64,000 nucleotides of DNA from Rhodocyclaceae bacterium (GTDB lineage Bacteria > Pseudomonadota > Gammaproteobacteria > Burkholderiales > Rhodocyclaceae). The DNA is taken from contig DATKVJ010000155.1 of NCBI GenBank assembly GCA_035530135.1, forward strand, positions 35,020 through 99,019, given 5' to 3'. The notes under the pieces were generated by a model. It was not told where the DNA came from and did no database searches. It worked only from the letters and a program-made list of their open reading frames with translations. The position numbers and the translations under genes were made by a program. Positions 20,831 to 30,547 of the stretch are shown here, piece after piece (positions within the stretch are counted from its first letter, which is position 1; the number at the start of each line of letters is the position of its first letter).

Positions 20831-21068
20831 TTCCATCGGCGTCGAGCCTCGCCTCTGCTGGGTCTGATCGTGGCGATGGGGTCGGTCTGATGTATGATAT
20901 CGGCATAATTTCAAGGATCGTCGGCAAACGGCCGCCGTTCGAGGAAGAGGCGCTGGCACCGAAGGGAACCCGGGGTGGTGCAGGAGTTTTTGGCGGATGC
21001 ATCGTAGCGCGCTAGTCCGCCGATCGGTGGCTACCCGGGGGGTTACGGACAGACGGGCTTCGTGAATA

Positions 21069-21144
21069 TGGCTCCTCGACCTGGGCTCGAACCAGGGACC
21101 TACGGATTAACAGTCCGGCGCTCTACCAACTGAGCTATCGAGGA
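21069..21144 (-). tRNA. tRNA-Asn (anticodon GUU)
   Basis: The reverse complement TCCTCGATAGCTCAGTTGGTAGAGCGCCGGACTGTTAATCCGTAGGTCCCTGGTTCGAGCCCAGGTCGAGGAGCCA folds as a cloverleaf and closely resembles E. coli tRNA-Asn. CCA is encoded. Confidence 0.95.
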
Positions 21145-21159
21145 ACAGTTGAGGCGCGC

Positions 21160-21188
21160 ATCTTATTCATTTCGTCCGCCCGCGTCAA
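21160..21188 (-). promoter_or_regulatory. Sigma-70 promoter candidate for tRNA-Asn
   Basis: On the minus strand: TTGACG-N17-TAAGAT followed by the GC-rich discriminator GCGCGCC. The -10 box ends 15 nt before the mature tRNA 5' end. Confidence 0.55.
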
Positions 21189-21252
21189 TAGCAGATGGGA
21201 CGCGGCGGCACGAGCAGGCAGATACGCCGCCGCAAGGAGGGAGAGGCAGAGC

Positions 21253-22974
21253 ATGGATGAGCAGCTGATATACGCGAAGACGGCGGCAGGCGAGAAAGCG
21301 CTGAGACAACCCACGCCGATCTTGCAGCGCGAGTTGCACCTGCTGCTGGGCGCTGTCGATGGCAGGGCAAATACGGCCGAACTCAAGCGGCGCTTAGAAG
21401 ACGGCAGCCAGATCGATGCCGCACTGGAGGAGTTGGAGCGCCGCGGCTTGATCCGGAAGCTCGCCGCCAAGCCGCAGCTTTGGGAGGTTGTGCTCGGCGA
21501 TGCGCCGCCCGATCAATCAAGGCACACGTCCGTAGCGTCGCGCTCAGATCCGTCGCCGAGTGAGGGCGGTACTGCTCATCGAGGCGGTTCGCTATCACGG
21601 CTGTGCGGAAAGTACTCCGCCTGGCGACGGAAGTGGGCCGCAAGGAAGGAAGAGAGGGCTTTTCGCCGGGCTTACGAAACTCCGAGCGATGACGATCGCT
21701 TCGCCCCGGTCAAGCTGAAGCCGATTCGCCGCGGTCAGCACCGCAAAATGAACTGGCCGCTCGCGGCTGCCGCCGCTTTGCTGTTGCTCGCGATCGGCGC
21801 CCTGCTGCTGGCGCTGATCTTCCCCTACCAGCGTTACCGGCCGGAGATTGAGCGGCGTTTGAGCGCCGCCTTGCGCGATCCCGTGAGCATCAGTGAGGTG
21901 CGCTTCGGCTTCCGGCCCTATCCGAACATCACGCTGGAGGGTGTCTCGGTCGGGGCGGAACCTTACGCCGAGATCAAAGCGATCCGCGTGCTTCCCGATC
22001 CGTTTTCCCTGTTCAGCGCGCACTGGATCATCCTTCAAGCGCGGTTCGAGGGCATGGATATCCGTAATCGGGGAATCGGCCCCAGCGCGCACTGGCTGGC
22101 CGGTACTGCCGGCATCGAAGGCGCTGTGCTGTTGCGCGGTGGACATTTCGACCAGCTCTCGGTCGACATCGGCGACCTGCACTTGGACGACCTGAGCGGC
22201 GAGTTGAGGACCACGCTCGATGGCGGCGTGGCCAAGATCCTGCTGCACAATGGAGAGGGCAGCCTGCATCTGGAGCTTACGCCGGCGCCATCGGGCTACC
22301 AACTGTCGGCAGTCGGCAAGGCGCTGACCATGCCCTCCAGGCCCAAGCTGACTTTCACTTACCTCGGAGTCCAGGGCGAGCTCAGGCCCGGTTTGCTGCG
22401 CCTCTCCAAGATCGACGGTGGACTCTACGGCGGATTCCTCGACGGGGCGGCAGAGATCGACTGGAATGAAGCTGCGACTCTGGTCGCAGACATCGGATTG
22501 AGGAGCATCAGCAGCGACCGATTGCTGGCGTCTGCCGCCCACGGGCTGTCTTTGGCGGGGAAAATAGGCGGCAAGTTCCACATCGAGTCACGTGCCACAA
22601 AACTCGCCGAGCTATCCGACAATCTGCGCATCCGTGGCGAGTTTCTGGCCGAGCGCGGCGCCATCAACGGCCTGGATCTGATCGAGGCCGTGCGCAGCAA
22701 GCGTCCAATCCGGGGCGGCGCCACCCGCTTCGAGCACCTCTCGGGCGAACTGTGGCTGGAGGGGCAAACCTGTCACCTCGACGGGCTGAAGCTCAGCTCC
22801 GGCCTGATGAAGGCCGAAGGCAATCTCGACATCGGCAGGGACAGGCGGATCGGGGGCCGGATGGCCCTCGATCTCACCGGGGCGGCGACCCGGATCCGCG
22901 CCGAGCTGGCGATCGGCGGTACCTTGGACGAGCCGCAGATCTCCAGCGGTCGCGGTGCGCGAATCAGTCCTTGA
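21253..22974 (+). CDS. Hypothetical membrane protein: cytoplasmic wHTH-like N-domain, basic linker, one TM, AsmA-like periplasmic domain
   Basis: 573 aa. It has one hydrophobic helix (WPLAAAAALLLLAIGALLLALIF). The C-terminal 370 aa look beta-rich with AsmA-like character (SISEVRFGFRPYPNITLEGVSVG...). The domain call is from pattern only. Confidence 0.45.
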   Translation: MDEQLIYAKTAAGEKALRQPTPILQRELHLLLGAVDGRANTAELKRRLEDGSQIDAALEELERRGLIRKLAAKPQLWEVVLGDAPPDQSRHTSVASRSDPSPSEGGTAHRGGSLSRLCGKYSAWRRKWAARKEERAFRRAYETPSDDDRFAPVKLKPIRRGQHRKMNWPLAAAAALLLLAIGALLLALIFPYQRYRPEIERRLSAALRDPVSISEVRFGFRPYPNITLEGVSVGAEPYAEIKAIRVLPDPFSLFSAHWIILQARFEGMDIRNRGIGPSAHWLAGTAGIEGAVLLRGGHFDQLSVDIGDLHLDDLSGELRTTLDGGVAKILLHNGEGSLHLELTPAPSGYQLSAVGKALTMPSRPKLTFTYLGVQGELRPGLLRLSKIDGGLYGGFLDGAAEIDWNEAATLVADIGLRSISSDRLLASAAHGLSLAGKIGGKFHIESRATKLAELSDNLRIRGEFLAERGAINGLDLIEAVRSKRPIRGGATRFEHLSGELWLEGQTCHLDGLKLSSGLMKAEGNLDIGRDRRIGGRMALDLTGAATRIRAELAIGGTLDEPQISSGRGARISP

Positions 22975-24190
22975 GCACGGCGGCGATCGCGTCGGCGACG
23001 AAGTCGATGTTGTGAGAATTGATCGCGGCGACGCAGATGCGGCCGGTGCTCAGGGCATAGATGCCGTAGTCTGCTCTCAGCCGCTCCACTTCGGCCGGGC
23101 TCAAGCCGGTGTAGGAGAACATGCCGCGCTGCTGGGTGATGAAGGAGAAATCCCGTTTCACCCCGCGTGCCTTCAGCTTGTCGGCTAAGCCCTGACGCAT
23201 CGCGCGGATGCGGCTGCGCATGCCGGCGAGTTCTGCTTCCCACATCTGGCGCAATTCAGGATTGCCGAGCACCGTGGCGACCACCGCGCCGCCGTGGGTC
23301 GGCGGGTTCGAGTAATTGGTGCGCACCACGCGCTTGACCTGGGACATTACGCGCGCCGTCTCTTCCCTATCCCGGGTTATCAGCGACAAGGCGCCGACGC
23401 GCTCGCCATAGAGAGAGAAGGATTTAGAGAAGGAACTGGAGACGAAGAAGGTCAGGCCGGAATCGGCGAACAGCCGCGCCGCCAGCGCATCCGCCTCGAT
23501 GCCCTCGGCGAAGCCCTGGTAGGCCATGTCGAGGAAGGCGACCAGGCCGCGCGCGCGCACCGCCTCGATCACCTCACGCCATTGCGTTTCGGTCAGGTCG
23601 GCGCCGGTGGGATTGTGGCAGCAGGCGTGCAGCACGACGATCGAGCCGGCGGCCATGCCGTCGAGCTTGGCGCTCATCGCCGCGAAATTCACACCCCGAG
23701 TCGCGGCGTCGTAGTAGGGATAACTCTCCACCGGGAAGCCGGCAGCCTCGAACAGCGCGAGATGGTTTTCCCAGCTCGGGTCGCTGATGAAAACCGTCGC
23801 CGCCGGAAACAGGCGCTTCAGGTAATCGGCGCCGACCCTCAGGGCGCCGGTGCCGCCCAGGGTCTCGATGGTCACCAGGCGGCCATCTGTGATCAGGGGC
23901 GAGGTCGGGCCGAAAAGCAGCTTTTGCACCGCCTGATTGTAGGCGGCGAGGCCCTCGATCGGCTGGTAGGCGCGCGGCTGCAGGGCCTCCAGTCGCGCCC
24001 TCTCTGCCCGCTTAACGGAATCGAGCAGCGGCACCTTACCGTTGTCGTCATAATAGACGCCGACGCCGAGATTGACCTTGTTCGGCCGGGTGTCGGCGTT
24101 GTAGGCCTCGGTCAGGCCGAAGATCGGGTCGCGCGGGGCCATCTCGACCGAGGCGAATAGGGAAGAAATCGTTGAAGAGCTCATATACAC
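22964..24190 (-). CDS. tyrB: Aromatic/aspartate aminotransferase (class I, TyrB/AspC type)
   Basis: 408 aa with GVGVYYDDNGK, PIEGL, CCHNPTGADL and the PLP-lysine motif SSFSKSFSLYGERVG. The start may be the ATG at 24184. Confidence 0.9.
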   Translation of the reverse strand: MYMSSSTISSLFASVEMAPRDPIFGLTEAYNADTRPNKVNLGVGVYYDDNGKVPLLDSVKRAERARLEALQPRAYQPIEGLAAYNQAVQKLLFGPTSPLITDGRLVTIETLGGTGALRVGADYLKRLFPAATVFISDPSWENHLALFEAAGFPVESYPYYDAATRGVNFAAMSAKLDGMAAGSIVVLHACCHNPTGADLTETQWREVIEAVRARGLVAFLDMAYQGFAEGIEADALAARLFADSGLTFFVSSSFSKSFSLYGERVGALSLITRDREETARVMSQVKRVVRTNYSNPPTHGGAVVATVLGNPELRQMWEAELAGMRSRIRAMRQGLADKLKARGVKRDFSFITQQRGMFSYTGLSPAEVERLRADYGIYALSTGRICVAAINSHNIDFVADAIAAVLKD

Positions 24191-24223
24191 TCCAGGGTTG
24201 GCCGCGTGGGCTAGCTACGCTCG

Positions 24224-24238
24224 ATTGCGCAGCGCAAT
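24224..24238. promoter_or_regulatory. Perfect 15-nt palindrome ATTGCGC-A-GCGCAAT in the tyrB/uvrB divergent intergenic region (candidate operator)
   Basis: Read directly from the sequence. Its function is inferred only. Confidence 0.3.
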
Positions 24239-24239
24239 A

Positions 24240-24261
24240 TTTTAACCGCGTTTTAACCGCG
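24240..24261. repeat. Perfect tandem direct repeat, 2 x TTTTAACCGCG
   Basis: Read directly from the sequence, immediately beside the palindrome. Confidence 0.8.
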
Positions 24262-24324
24262 AATGCGGGGATGAGGTGACATCATGCATAGCAGCGACGC
24301 CCGGCGTAACCGCGCGGCGGGGAA

Positions 24325-26382
24325 ATGAACTTGTCAGATCCCATCGCTTTCCCTGACAGCCCGTTCCGCCTGCATCAGCCGTTTGCCCCGGCCGGCGACC
24401 AGCCCGAGGCGATCACCAAACTGACCGAAGGTGTCGAAGACGGCCTGATGTACCAGACCCTGCTCGGCGTCACCGGCTCCGGCAAGACCTTCACCATGGC
24501 TAACGTCATCGCCAGAACCGGGCGGCCGGCGCTGGTGCTGGCACCGAACAAAACGCTGGCGGCGCAACTGTATGCCGAATTCCGCGAGTTCTTCCCGGAT
24601 AACGCCGTCGAATACTTCGTCTCCTATTACGATTATTACCAGCCCGAGGCCTACGTGCCGTCGCGCGACCTGTTCATCGAAAAGGATTCGAGCATCAACG
24701 AGCAGATCGAGCAGATGCGCCTGTCCGCCACCAAGTCGCTGCTGGAGCGCCGGGACTGCGTCATCGTCGCCACCGTCTCGGCGATCTACGGCATCGGCGA
24801 CCCGGTCGACTACCACAGCATGATCCTGCATCTACGCCAGGGCGAGAAGCTCGCCCAGCGCGACGTCATCCGGCGCCTGACCGAGATGCAGTACCAGCGC
24901 AACGACATCGACTTCGACCGCGGCGTCTATCGGGTGCGCGGCGACGTCATCGACGTGTTTCCGGCCGAGAACGCCGAACACGCGATCCGCATCACCCTGT
25001 TCGACGACGAGATCGAGTCGCTGCTCTTGTTCGATCCGCTCACCGGCCGGGGCAAGCAGAAGCTCGCGCGCTTCACCGTCTACCCGTCCAGCCATTACGT
25101 CACGCCGCGCGCCACCGTGTTGCGGGCGGTCGAGAAGATCAAGGCGGAGTTGCGTGAGCGCATCGAGTTCTTCCAGCACAATCAGAAGCTGGTCGAGTGC
25201 CAGCGCATCGAGCAGCGCACCCGCTTCGATCTGGAGATGCTCGAACAACTCGGCTTCTGCAAGGGCATCGAGAACTACTCGCGCCATCTGTCAGGACGGC
25301 AGCCGGGTGAGCCGCCACCGACCCTGATCGACTACCTGCCGCCGCGCTCGCTGCTGTTCATCGACGAGAGCCACGTCACCATTCCCCAGGTCGGCGGCAT
25401 GTACAAGGGCGACCGCTCACGCAAGGAGAACCTGGTCGATTACGGCTTCCGCCTGCCCTCGGCGCTGGACAACCGGCCACTGCGCTTCGACGAGTTCGAG
25501 AAGCTGATGCCGCAGACGGTGTTCGTTTCGGCCACGCCGGCCAACTACGAAGCTTTGCATCAGGCCCAGGTGGTGGAGCAGGTGGTGCGTCCGACGGGTC
25601 TGGTCGATCCGGCGCTGGAGATCCGGCCGGCGGGCACTCAGGTCGATGACCTGCTGGCCGAGGTCAAGCGGCGCGTGGCCAAGGGCGAGCGCGTCCTGGT
25701 GACCACCCTGACCAAGCGTCTGGCCGAGCAACTGACCGAGTTCTACGCCGACAACGGCATCAAGGTGCGCTACCTGCATTCCGACATCGAGACCGTCGAA
25801 CGGGTCGAGATCATCCGCGACCTGCGCCTTGGGGTATTCGACGTCCTGGTCGGCATCAACCTGCTGCGCGAGGGCCTGGACATCCCCGAGGTTTCGCTGG
25901 TGGCGATTCTGGACGCCGACAAGGAGGGCTTCCTGCGCTCCGAGCGGGCGCTGATCCAGACCATCGGGCGCGCCGCGCGCCACATCAACGGCACGGCCAT
26001 CCTCTACGCCGACCGCGTCACCGATTCGATGCGCCGGGCGATCGCCGAGACCGACCGGCGCCGTGCCAAGCAACTCGCCCACAACGAGGCGAACGGCATC
26101 GTCCCGCAGGGGGTGAAGAAGCGCATCAGGGACATGATCGAGAACGCCTACGACAGCGAAGAGGCCGGACGCGAACTCAAGGCTGCGAGCGAAGCGGCGC
26201 ATTACGACGCGATGAGCGCCAAGGAGCTGGCCAGAGCGATCAAGCGGCTGGAGAAGGCGATGCAGGAGCACGCCCGGAATCTCGAGTTCGAACAGGCCGC
26301 TGCGGCCCGCGACGAACTCTTCCGCCTGCGTCGGCAGGCCTTCGGTGCCGATCCCCACGAGCCGGCGGAACCCGGCGGCTGA
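24325..26382 (+). CDS. uvrB: Excinuclease ABC subunit B
   Basis: 685 aa with Walker [11 protein letters not shown], helicase motifs and the C-terminal UVR domain ([13 protein letters not shown]). Confidence 0.95.
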   Translation: MNLSDPIAFPDSPFRLHQPFAPAGDQPEAITKLTEGVEDGLMYQTLLGVTGSGKTFTMANVIARTGRPALVLAPNKTLAAQLYAEFREFFPDNAVEYFVSYYDYYQPEAYVPSRDLFIEKDSSINEQIEQMRLSATKSLLERRDCVIVATVSAIYGIGDPVDYHSMILHLRQGEKLAQRDVIRRLTEMQYQRNDIDFDRGVYRVRGDVIDVFPAENAEHAIRITLFDDEIESLLLFDPLTGRGKQKLARFTVYPSSHYVTPRATVLRAVEKIKAELRERIEFFQHNQKLVECQRIEQRTRFDLEMLEQLGFCKGIENYSRHLSGRQPGEPPPTLIDYLPPRSLLFIDESHVTIPQVGGMYKGDRSRKENLVDYGFRLPSALDNRPLRFDEFEKLMPQTVFVSATPANYEALHQAQVVEQVVRPTGLVDPALEIRPAGTQVDDLLAEVKRRVAKGERVLVTTLTKRLAEQLTEFYADNGIKVRYLHSDIETVERVEIIRDLRLGVFDVLVGINLLREGLDIPEVSLVAILDADKEGFLRSERALIQTIGRAARHINGTAILYADRVTDSMRRAIAETDRRRAKQLAHNEANGIVPQGVKKRIRDMIENAYDSEEAGRELKAASEAAHYDAMSAKELARAIKRLEKAMQEHARNLEFEQAAAARDELFRLRRQAFGADPHEPAEPGG

Positions 26383-26419
26383 AAACGGGGGCACGGACGC
26401 GATGCCGCGTCCGTGCCCC
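26381..26419 (-). terminator. Intrinsic terminator for rne (the hairpin is shared with convergent uvrB)
   Basis: A perfect 14-bp stem GGGGCACGGACGCG-atgc-CGCGTCCGTGCCCC at 26388-26419. On the minus strand it is followed by GTTTTC. There is no T-tract on the plus side. Confidence 0.7.
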
Positions 26420-26424
26420 GGAAC

Positions 26425-29097
26425 TTACAGCGGGCGACTGTCGTGCTTGGTTTCGACGATCTGCAACGGCTCGTTGGCGATCACCGGCGCCGGGCGTGGC
26501 TTGCGTCCGAGCCGCGTCGCGGGCTGAGCGGTCTCGACCTGCAGGCGTTGCTTGTCGCTGCTGGTCTCGATCAGTTGTAGACCAGCTTGCTGCAATGACG
26601 CCGACAAGTCTGCCGGCGGTTCCTCCGCCTGAACGACGGGTGCCGGTTGCGCTGCCACGGCGACTGGTTTCGGCTGCTCTACCGCGGCGGCCGGCGGCGG
26701 CTCCACCGTCACGAGTGCATGCAGGGCCGGTTCCATGCTCACCGGTAGCTGTTGGACAACGGGGGCCGGGGCGGCGGCCTCAACAGGCGCCGCAGGCAAG
26801 GCGAGGTGTGCTGCCGAGACGAATTCCGGCGCCTGGACGACTGCTGCCTCAGCCATTGAGGTCGGCTGTTCCGGCATCTCGACTTCGGTTGCTGCGACTG
26901 AGGCAACAGCGGCCTCGGCTGTGACAGCTTCCACTTCCTCGCCCGGACGTCGTTCGCGCCGGCCACCGCGCCTGCCGCGACGGGCCCGCTGCCCTTCCTC
27001 GGGTGCGACCTCGGCACCAGGCGCGGCAACGTCCGCCGCTTCCTGGATCGCGGGCGCCGGTTCGACCGGCTTTTGGCGCGCGGCGCGCGGCTGACGCGGT
27101 TCGCGCGGCTCCCTGGGCTCTCTCGGTTCGCCGGCGGGGCGCTCTTCGCGCTTTTCGGGGCGCTCGCCGCGACCACGGCGCGGCTCGCGTGGGGCGGTCT
27201 CGTCTCTCTCGGTCTTTTCACTGCGCTCGGGCTTGACCGGCTGCTGCTGGGATTCCGTCCGTTGCGGGCGCTCGCTGCGAGTGCCCTCGCGCCGGGTCCT
27301 GCCGCCGCGTCGCCCCTCGCTGCGGGCCTCGCGCTGCGGCGGCCGTTCGGCCTTGCTCTCCGCGGCAGCGGGAGCCTCTGTCTTGCCGGAGAACCAGGAG
27401 AGGATGGTCGCCAGGATGCCACGCGTTTCAGCCTTGGGTGTCGCCGGCGGCGCCGCCTTGGCCTTGGGCTCGACGATCGGCGCCGGTTGCCCCAGGGCGA
27501 TGCCCTTGACCGCGGCTTCCTGGCGCGCCGGCTTCGCTTCGGTCTGCGCCGAGGGCGGCGTGTAGCTCTCCTCGGCGGGCATCTCGACCATCTTGTAGCT
27601 CGGCAGGGAAACCTCTTCCAGGTTGAGCTGGTCGTGGCGCAGGCGGACGATCTGGTGCTGCGGCGTCTCGAGGTGGATGTTCGGAATCAGCACCAGGTTG
27701 ACCTTGTGGCGCATCTCTATCTTCGCAATATCGACGCGTTTCTCGTTCAGCAGGAAGGTGGCGACATCGACCGGCACCTGGCAGTGCAGTGCGCCGGTGT
27801 TCTCCTTCATCGCTTCCTCCTCGAGGATGCGCAGGATGTGCAGCGCCGAGGATTCGGTGCTGCGGATATGGCCGGTGCCGCTGCAGCGCGGGCAGGGGAT
27901 GTAGCTGGTCTCGGCCAGCGCCGGGCGCAGCCGCTGGCGCGACAGTTCGAGCAGGCCGAAGCGGCTGATCTTGCCGGTCTGGACCCGGGCGCGGTCGAAA
28001 TGCAGGGCGTCGCGCAGCCGGTTCTCGACCTCGCGTTGGTTGCGCGCACTCTCCATGTCGATGAAGTCGATGACGATCAGGCCGCCCAGGTCGCGCAGCC
28101 GCAATTGGCGCGCGGTCTCGTCGGCCGCTTCAAGGTTGGTCTTGAACGCGGTTTCCTCGATGTCGGCGCCCTTGGTGGCGCGCCCGGAGTTGACGTCCAC
28201 CGAGACCAGCGCCTCGGTGTGGTCGATAACGATGGCGCCGCCCGAGGGCAGGGTGACTTGGCGCGAGTAAGCCGACTCGATCTGGTGCTCGATCTGGAAG
28301 CGCGAGAACAGCGGCACGTCGTCGCTATAGCGCTTGACCCGGGCGACGTTGCCCGGCATCACATGCGCCATGAACTGCTGCGCCTGCTCGAAAACGTCGT
28401 CGGTGTCGATCAGGATCTCGCCGATGTCAGGCGTGAAGTAGTCGCGTATCGCGCGGATCACCAAGCTCGATTCCTGGTAGATCAGGAAGGCGCCCTTTTG
28501 CGAATTGGCGGCGCCTTCGATCGCGCCCCAGAGCTGCAGCAGGTAGTTGAGATCCCACTGCAGTTCCTCGTAGCTGCGGCCGATGCCGGCGGTACGCGCG
28601 ATCAGGCTGGTGCTCGCCGGCACTTCGAGCCGGTCCATGATCTCGCGCAGCTCCTGGCGGTCTTCGCCCTCGACGCGCCTTGATACGCCGCCGCCGCGCG
28701 GGTTGTTGGGCATCAGCACGAGGTAGCGGCCGGCCAGCGAAATGAAGGTGGTCAGCGCCGCGCCCTTGTTGCCGCGCTCGTCCTTGTCCACCTGGACGAT
28801 CAACTCCTGGCCGACGCGCAGCGCGTCCTGGATGCGGGCCTTGCCCGGTTCCCCTTCGGATTTGAAATAGGTGCGCGCGACCTCCTTAAACGGCAGGAAA
28901 CCGTGACGCTCCGCGCCGTACTCGACGAAGGCGGCCTCGAGACTGGGCTCGATGCGGGTGATGACCGCCTTGTAGATGTTGCCCTTGCGTTGTTCCTTGG
29001 TGGCCGATTCGATGTCCAGGTCAACCAGCTTCTGACCATCGACGATCGCGACGCGGAGTTCCTCGGCCTGCGTCGCATTGAACAGCATGCGTTTCAT
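26425..29097 (-). CDS. rne: Ribonuclease E
   Basis: 890 aa. The N-terminal catalytic half (MKRMLFNATQAEELRVAIVDGQ..., S1 domain, CPRCSGTGHIRS zinc link) is followed by an Arg/Pro/Glu-rich scaffold tail. Confidence 0.95.
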   Translation of the reverse strand: MKRMLFNATQAEELRVAIVDGQKLVDLDIESATKEQRKGNIYKAVITRIEPSLEAAFVEYGAERHGFLPFKEVARTYFKSEGEPGKARIQDALRVGQELIVQVDKDERGNKGAALTTFISLAGRYLVLMPNNPRGGGVSRRVEGEDRQELREIMDRLEVPASTSLIARTAGIGRSYEELQWDLNYLLQLWGAIEGAANSQKGAFLIYQESSLVIRAIRDYFTPDIGEILIDTDDVFEQAQQFMAHVMPGNVARVKRYSDDVPLFSRFQIEHQIESAYSRQVTLPSGGAIVIDHTEALVSVDVNSGRATKGADIEETAFKTNLEAADETARQLRLRDLGGLIVIDFIDMESARNQREVENRLRDALHFDRARVQTGKISRFGLLELSRQRLRPALAETSYIPCPRCSGTGHIRSTESSALHILRILEEEAMKENTGALHCQVPVDVATFLLNEKRVDIAKIEMRHKVNLVLIPNIHLETPQHQIVRLRHDQLNLEEVSLPSYKMVEMPAEESYTPPSAQTEAKPARQEAAVKGIALGQPAPIVEPKAKAAPPATPKAETRGILATILSWFSGKTEAPAAAESKAERPPQREARSEGRRGGRTRREGTRSERPQRTESQQQPVKPERSEKTERDETAPREPRRGRGERPEKREERPAGEPREPREPREPRQPRAARQKPVEPAPAIQEAADVAAPGAEVAPEEGQRARRGRRGGRRERRPGEEVEAVTAEAAVASVAATEVEMPEQPTSMAEAAVVQAPEFVSAAHLALPAAPVEAAAPAPVVQQLPVSMEPALHALVTVEPPPAAAVEQPKPVAVAAQPAPVVQAEEPPADLSASLQQAGLQLIETSSDKQRLQVETAQPATRLGRKPRPAPVIANEPLQIVETKHDSRPL

Positions 29098-29460
29098 CTA
29101 TGTGCTCCCGCGCGCACGGCACGGGCACGACGAACCTACGCCCGGTTGGGCGACAACACTCAGTATTGATGGATCACGGTCATAGTGAGGTTCTCGGGCA
29201 AACTAGGGTCAGCTTCGTCTTCTTCAAGCTTGCTCCGAGGCTTGCGGCGAACCGCCGTCTCGGAGCCCGGTATTCATGCGGTGCTCTGTGCGCGCAAATC
29301 AAGTACCATCGCTGCTTCGGGTGAGCGAGAAAACCTGTGGCGTCTGCTGCGCGGGCTGGGCCGGGGGCTCGGCGGCTCGGGAAGCTCCCGGACTGCGGGA
29401 ACCCGGCGATCGATGCCTTGGGCCGACGCCTGCTCAATGCCCGGTACGATACGCTTGAAT
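29098..29460 (-). promoter_or_regulatory. Probable long structured 5' leader and promoter region of rne
   Basis: A 472-bp non-coding gap separates rne from divergent rluC. In E. coli, rne has a ~360-nt autoregulatory leader at the same position. No promoter could be pinned down here. Confidence 0.35.
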
Positions 29461-29569
29461 AGATGTGCTAAGCGGGTACCGGCAACGTCCCTGGCGCGCC
29501 GCCGACGTCGCTTCGGACCGCCGGGCACGCTTGCCGCGGGACGGCAAACTGGAAAACAGTATATTGCAA

Positions 29570-30547
29570 ATGAATGGCTTAAGCAAAGATTCCGCGACAT
29601 GGCTGGAAGTGGGCGAGGAGGCGGCTGGCCAGCGCATCGACAATTTTCTGCTGCGCGTCTGCAAGGGCGTGCCGAAGAGCCATGTCTATCGCATCCTGAG
29701 GAGCGGCGAGGTGCGGGTCAACAAGGGCCGCATTGGCCCGGAATACCGCCTCAACATCGGCGACGCCGTGCGCGTGCCGCCGATCCGAGTCTCCGAGCGG
29801 CCGCTCCAGGCGCTCGTCCCGGCGCGCGAGTTCGCCGTCGTTTTCGAGGACGAGGCGCTGTTGGTGGTCGACAAGCCGGCGGGCGTCGCCGTCCACGGCG
29901 GCAGCGGCGTCAGTTTCGGGGTCATCGAGCAACTGCGCCGGCAGCGCCCAGAGGCGCGTTTCCTGGAACTCGCCCATCGGCTGGACCGTGAGACCTCAGG
30001 CCTGCTGATCCTCGCCAAGAAGCGCGCCGCCCTGACCCGACTGCACGACATGTTCCGCGACGGGGCGATCCACAAGCGCTACTTGGCCCTGATCCGGGGG
30101 CGCTGGCAGAATCCGATGCAGCACGTGCGGCTGCCGCTGCTAAAATACTTAACCGCCGAGGGCGAGCGGCGCGTCAGCGTCTCTGACCAGGGCAAGGAGG
30201 CACACAGCATAGTCAGGCTCCTGGCGCGCTGGGAGAATTTCAGCTTGGTCGAGGTGGAACTGAAAACCGGACGCACCCACCAGATCCGCGTGCATCTGGC
30301 GCACCTGGGTTTTCCGCTGGCGGGCGACGACAAGTACGGTGACTTTCCGGCGAACCGGGATCTGGCCCGGGCCGGCCTGAAGCGCATGTTCCTGCACGCG
30401 GCGAGTCTGTCCTTCAGCCACCCCTTGACCGCGCGGGAGATCTCGCTGAGAGCCCCGCTACCGCCGGAGCTGCGCGATTTCCTCGTCCGGCTGGCGAATG
30501 CCGAGAAACGGGATTACGGCGACGGGAGCGCGCTTGAATCGCTTTGA
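29570..30547 (+). CDS. rluC: 23S rRNA pseudouridine synthase RluC
   Basis: Starts MNGLSKDS...AGQRIDNFLLRVCKGVPKSHVYRILRSGEVRVNKGRIGPEYRL (S4 domain), then the catalytic HRLDRETSGLL. rne/rluC divergent synteny matches E. coli. Confidence 0.9.
   Translation: MNGLSKDSATWLEVGEEAAGQRIDNFLLRVCKGVPKSHVYRILRSGEVRVNKGRIGPEYRLNIGDAVRVPPIRVSERPLQALVPAREFAVVFEDEALLVVDKPAGVAVHGGSGVSFGVIEQLRRQRPEARFLELAHRLDRETSGLLILAKKRAALTRLHDMFRDGAIHKRYLALIRGRWQNPMQHVRLPLLKYLTAEGERRVSVSDQGKEAHSIVRLLARWENFSLVEVELKTGRTHQIRVHLAHLGFPLAGDDKYGDFPANRDLARAGLKRMFLHAASLSFSHPLTAREISLRAPLPPELRDFLVRLANAEKRDYGDGSALESL

Noticed and set aside
26900-27420. Repetitive 9-nt periodicity (encoding PREPREPREPRQPR and other Arg/Pro/Glu runs), considered as a tandem repeat or CRISPR-like array
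   Set aside because: It lies inside the RNase E C-terminal scaffold region, where low-complexity Arg/Pro/Glu repeats are normal. The repeats are imperfect, in frame and have no spacers.
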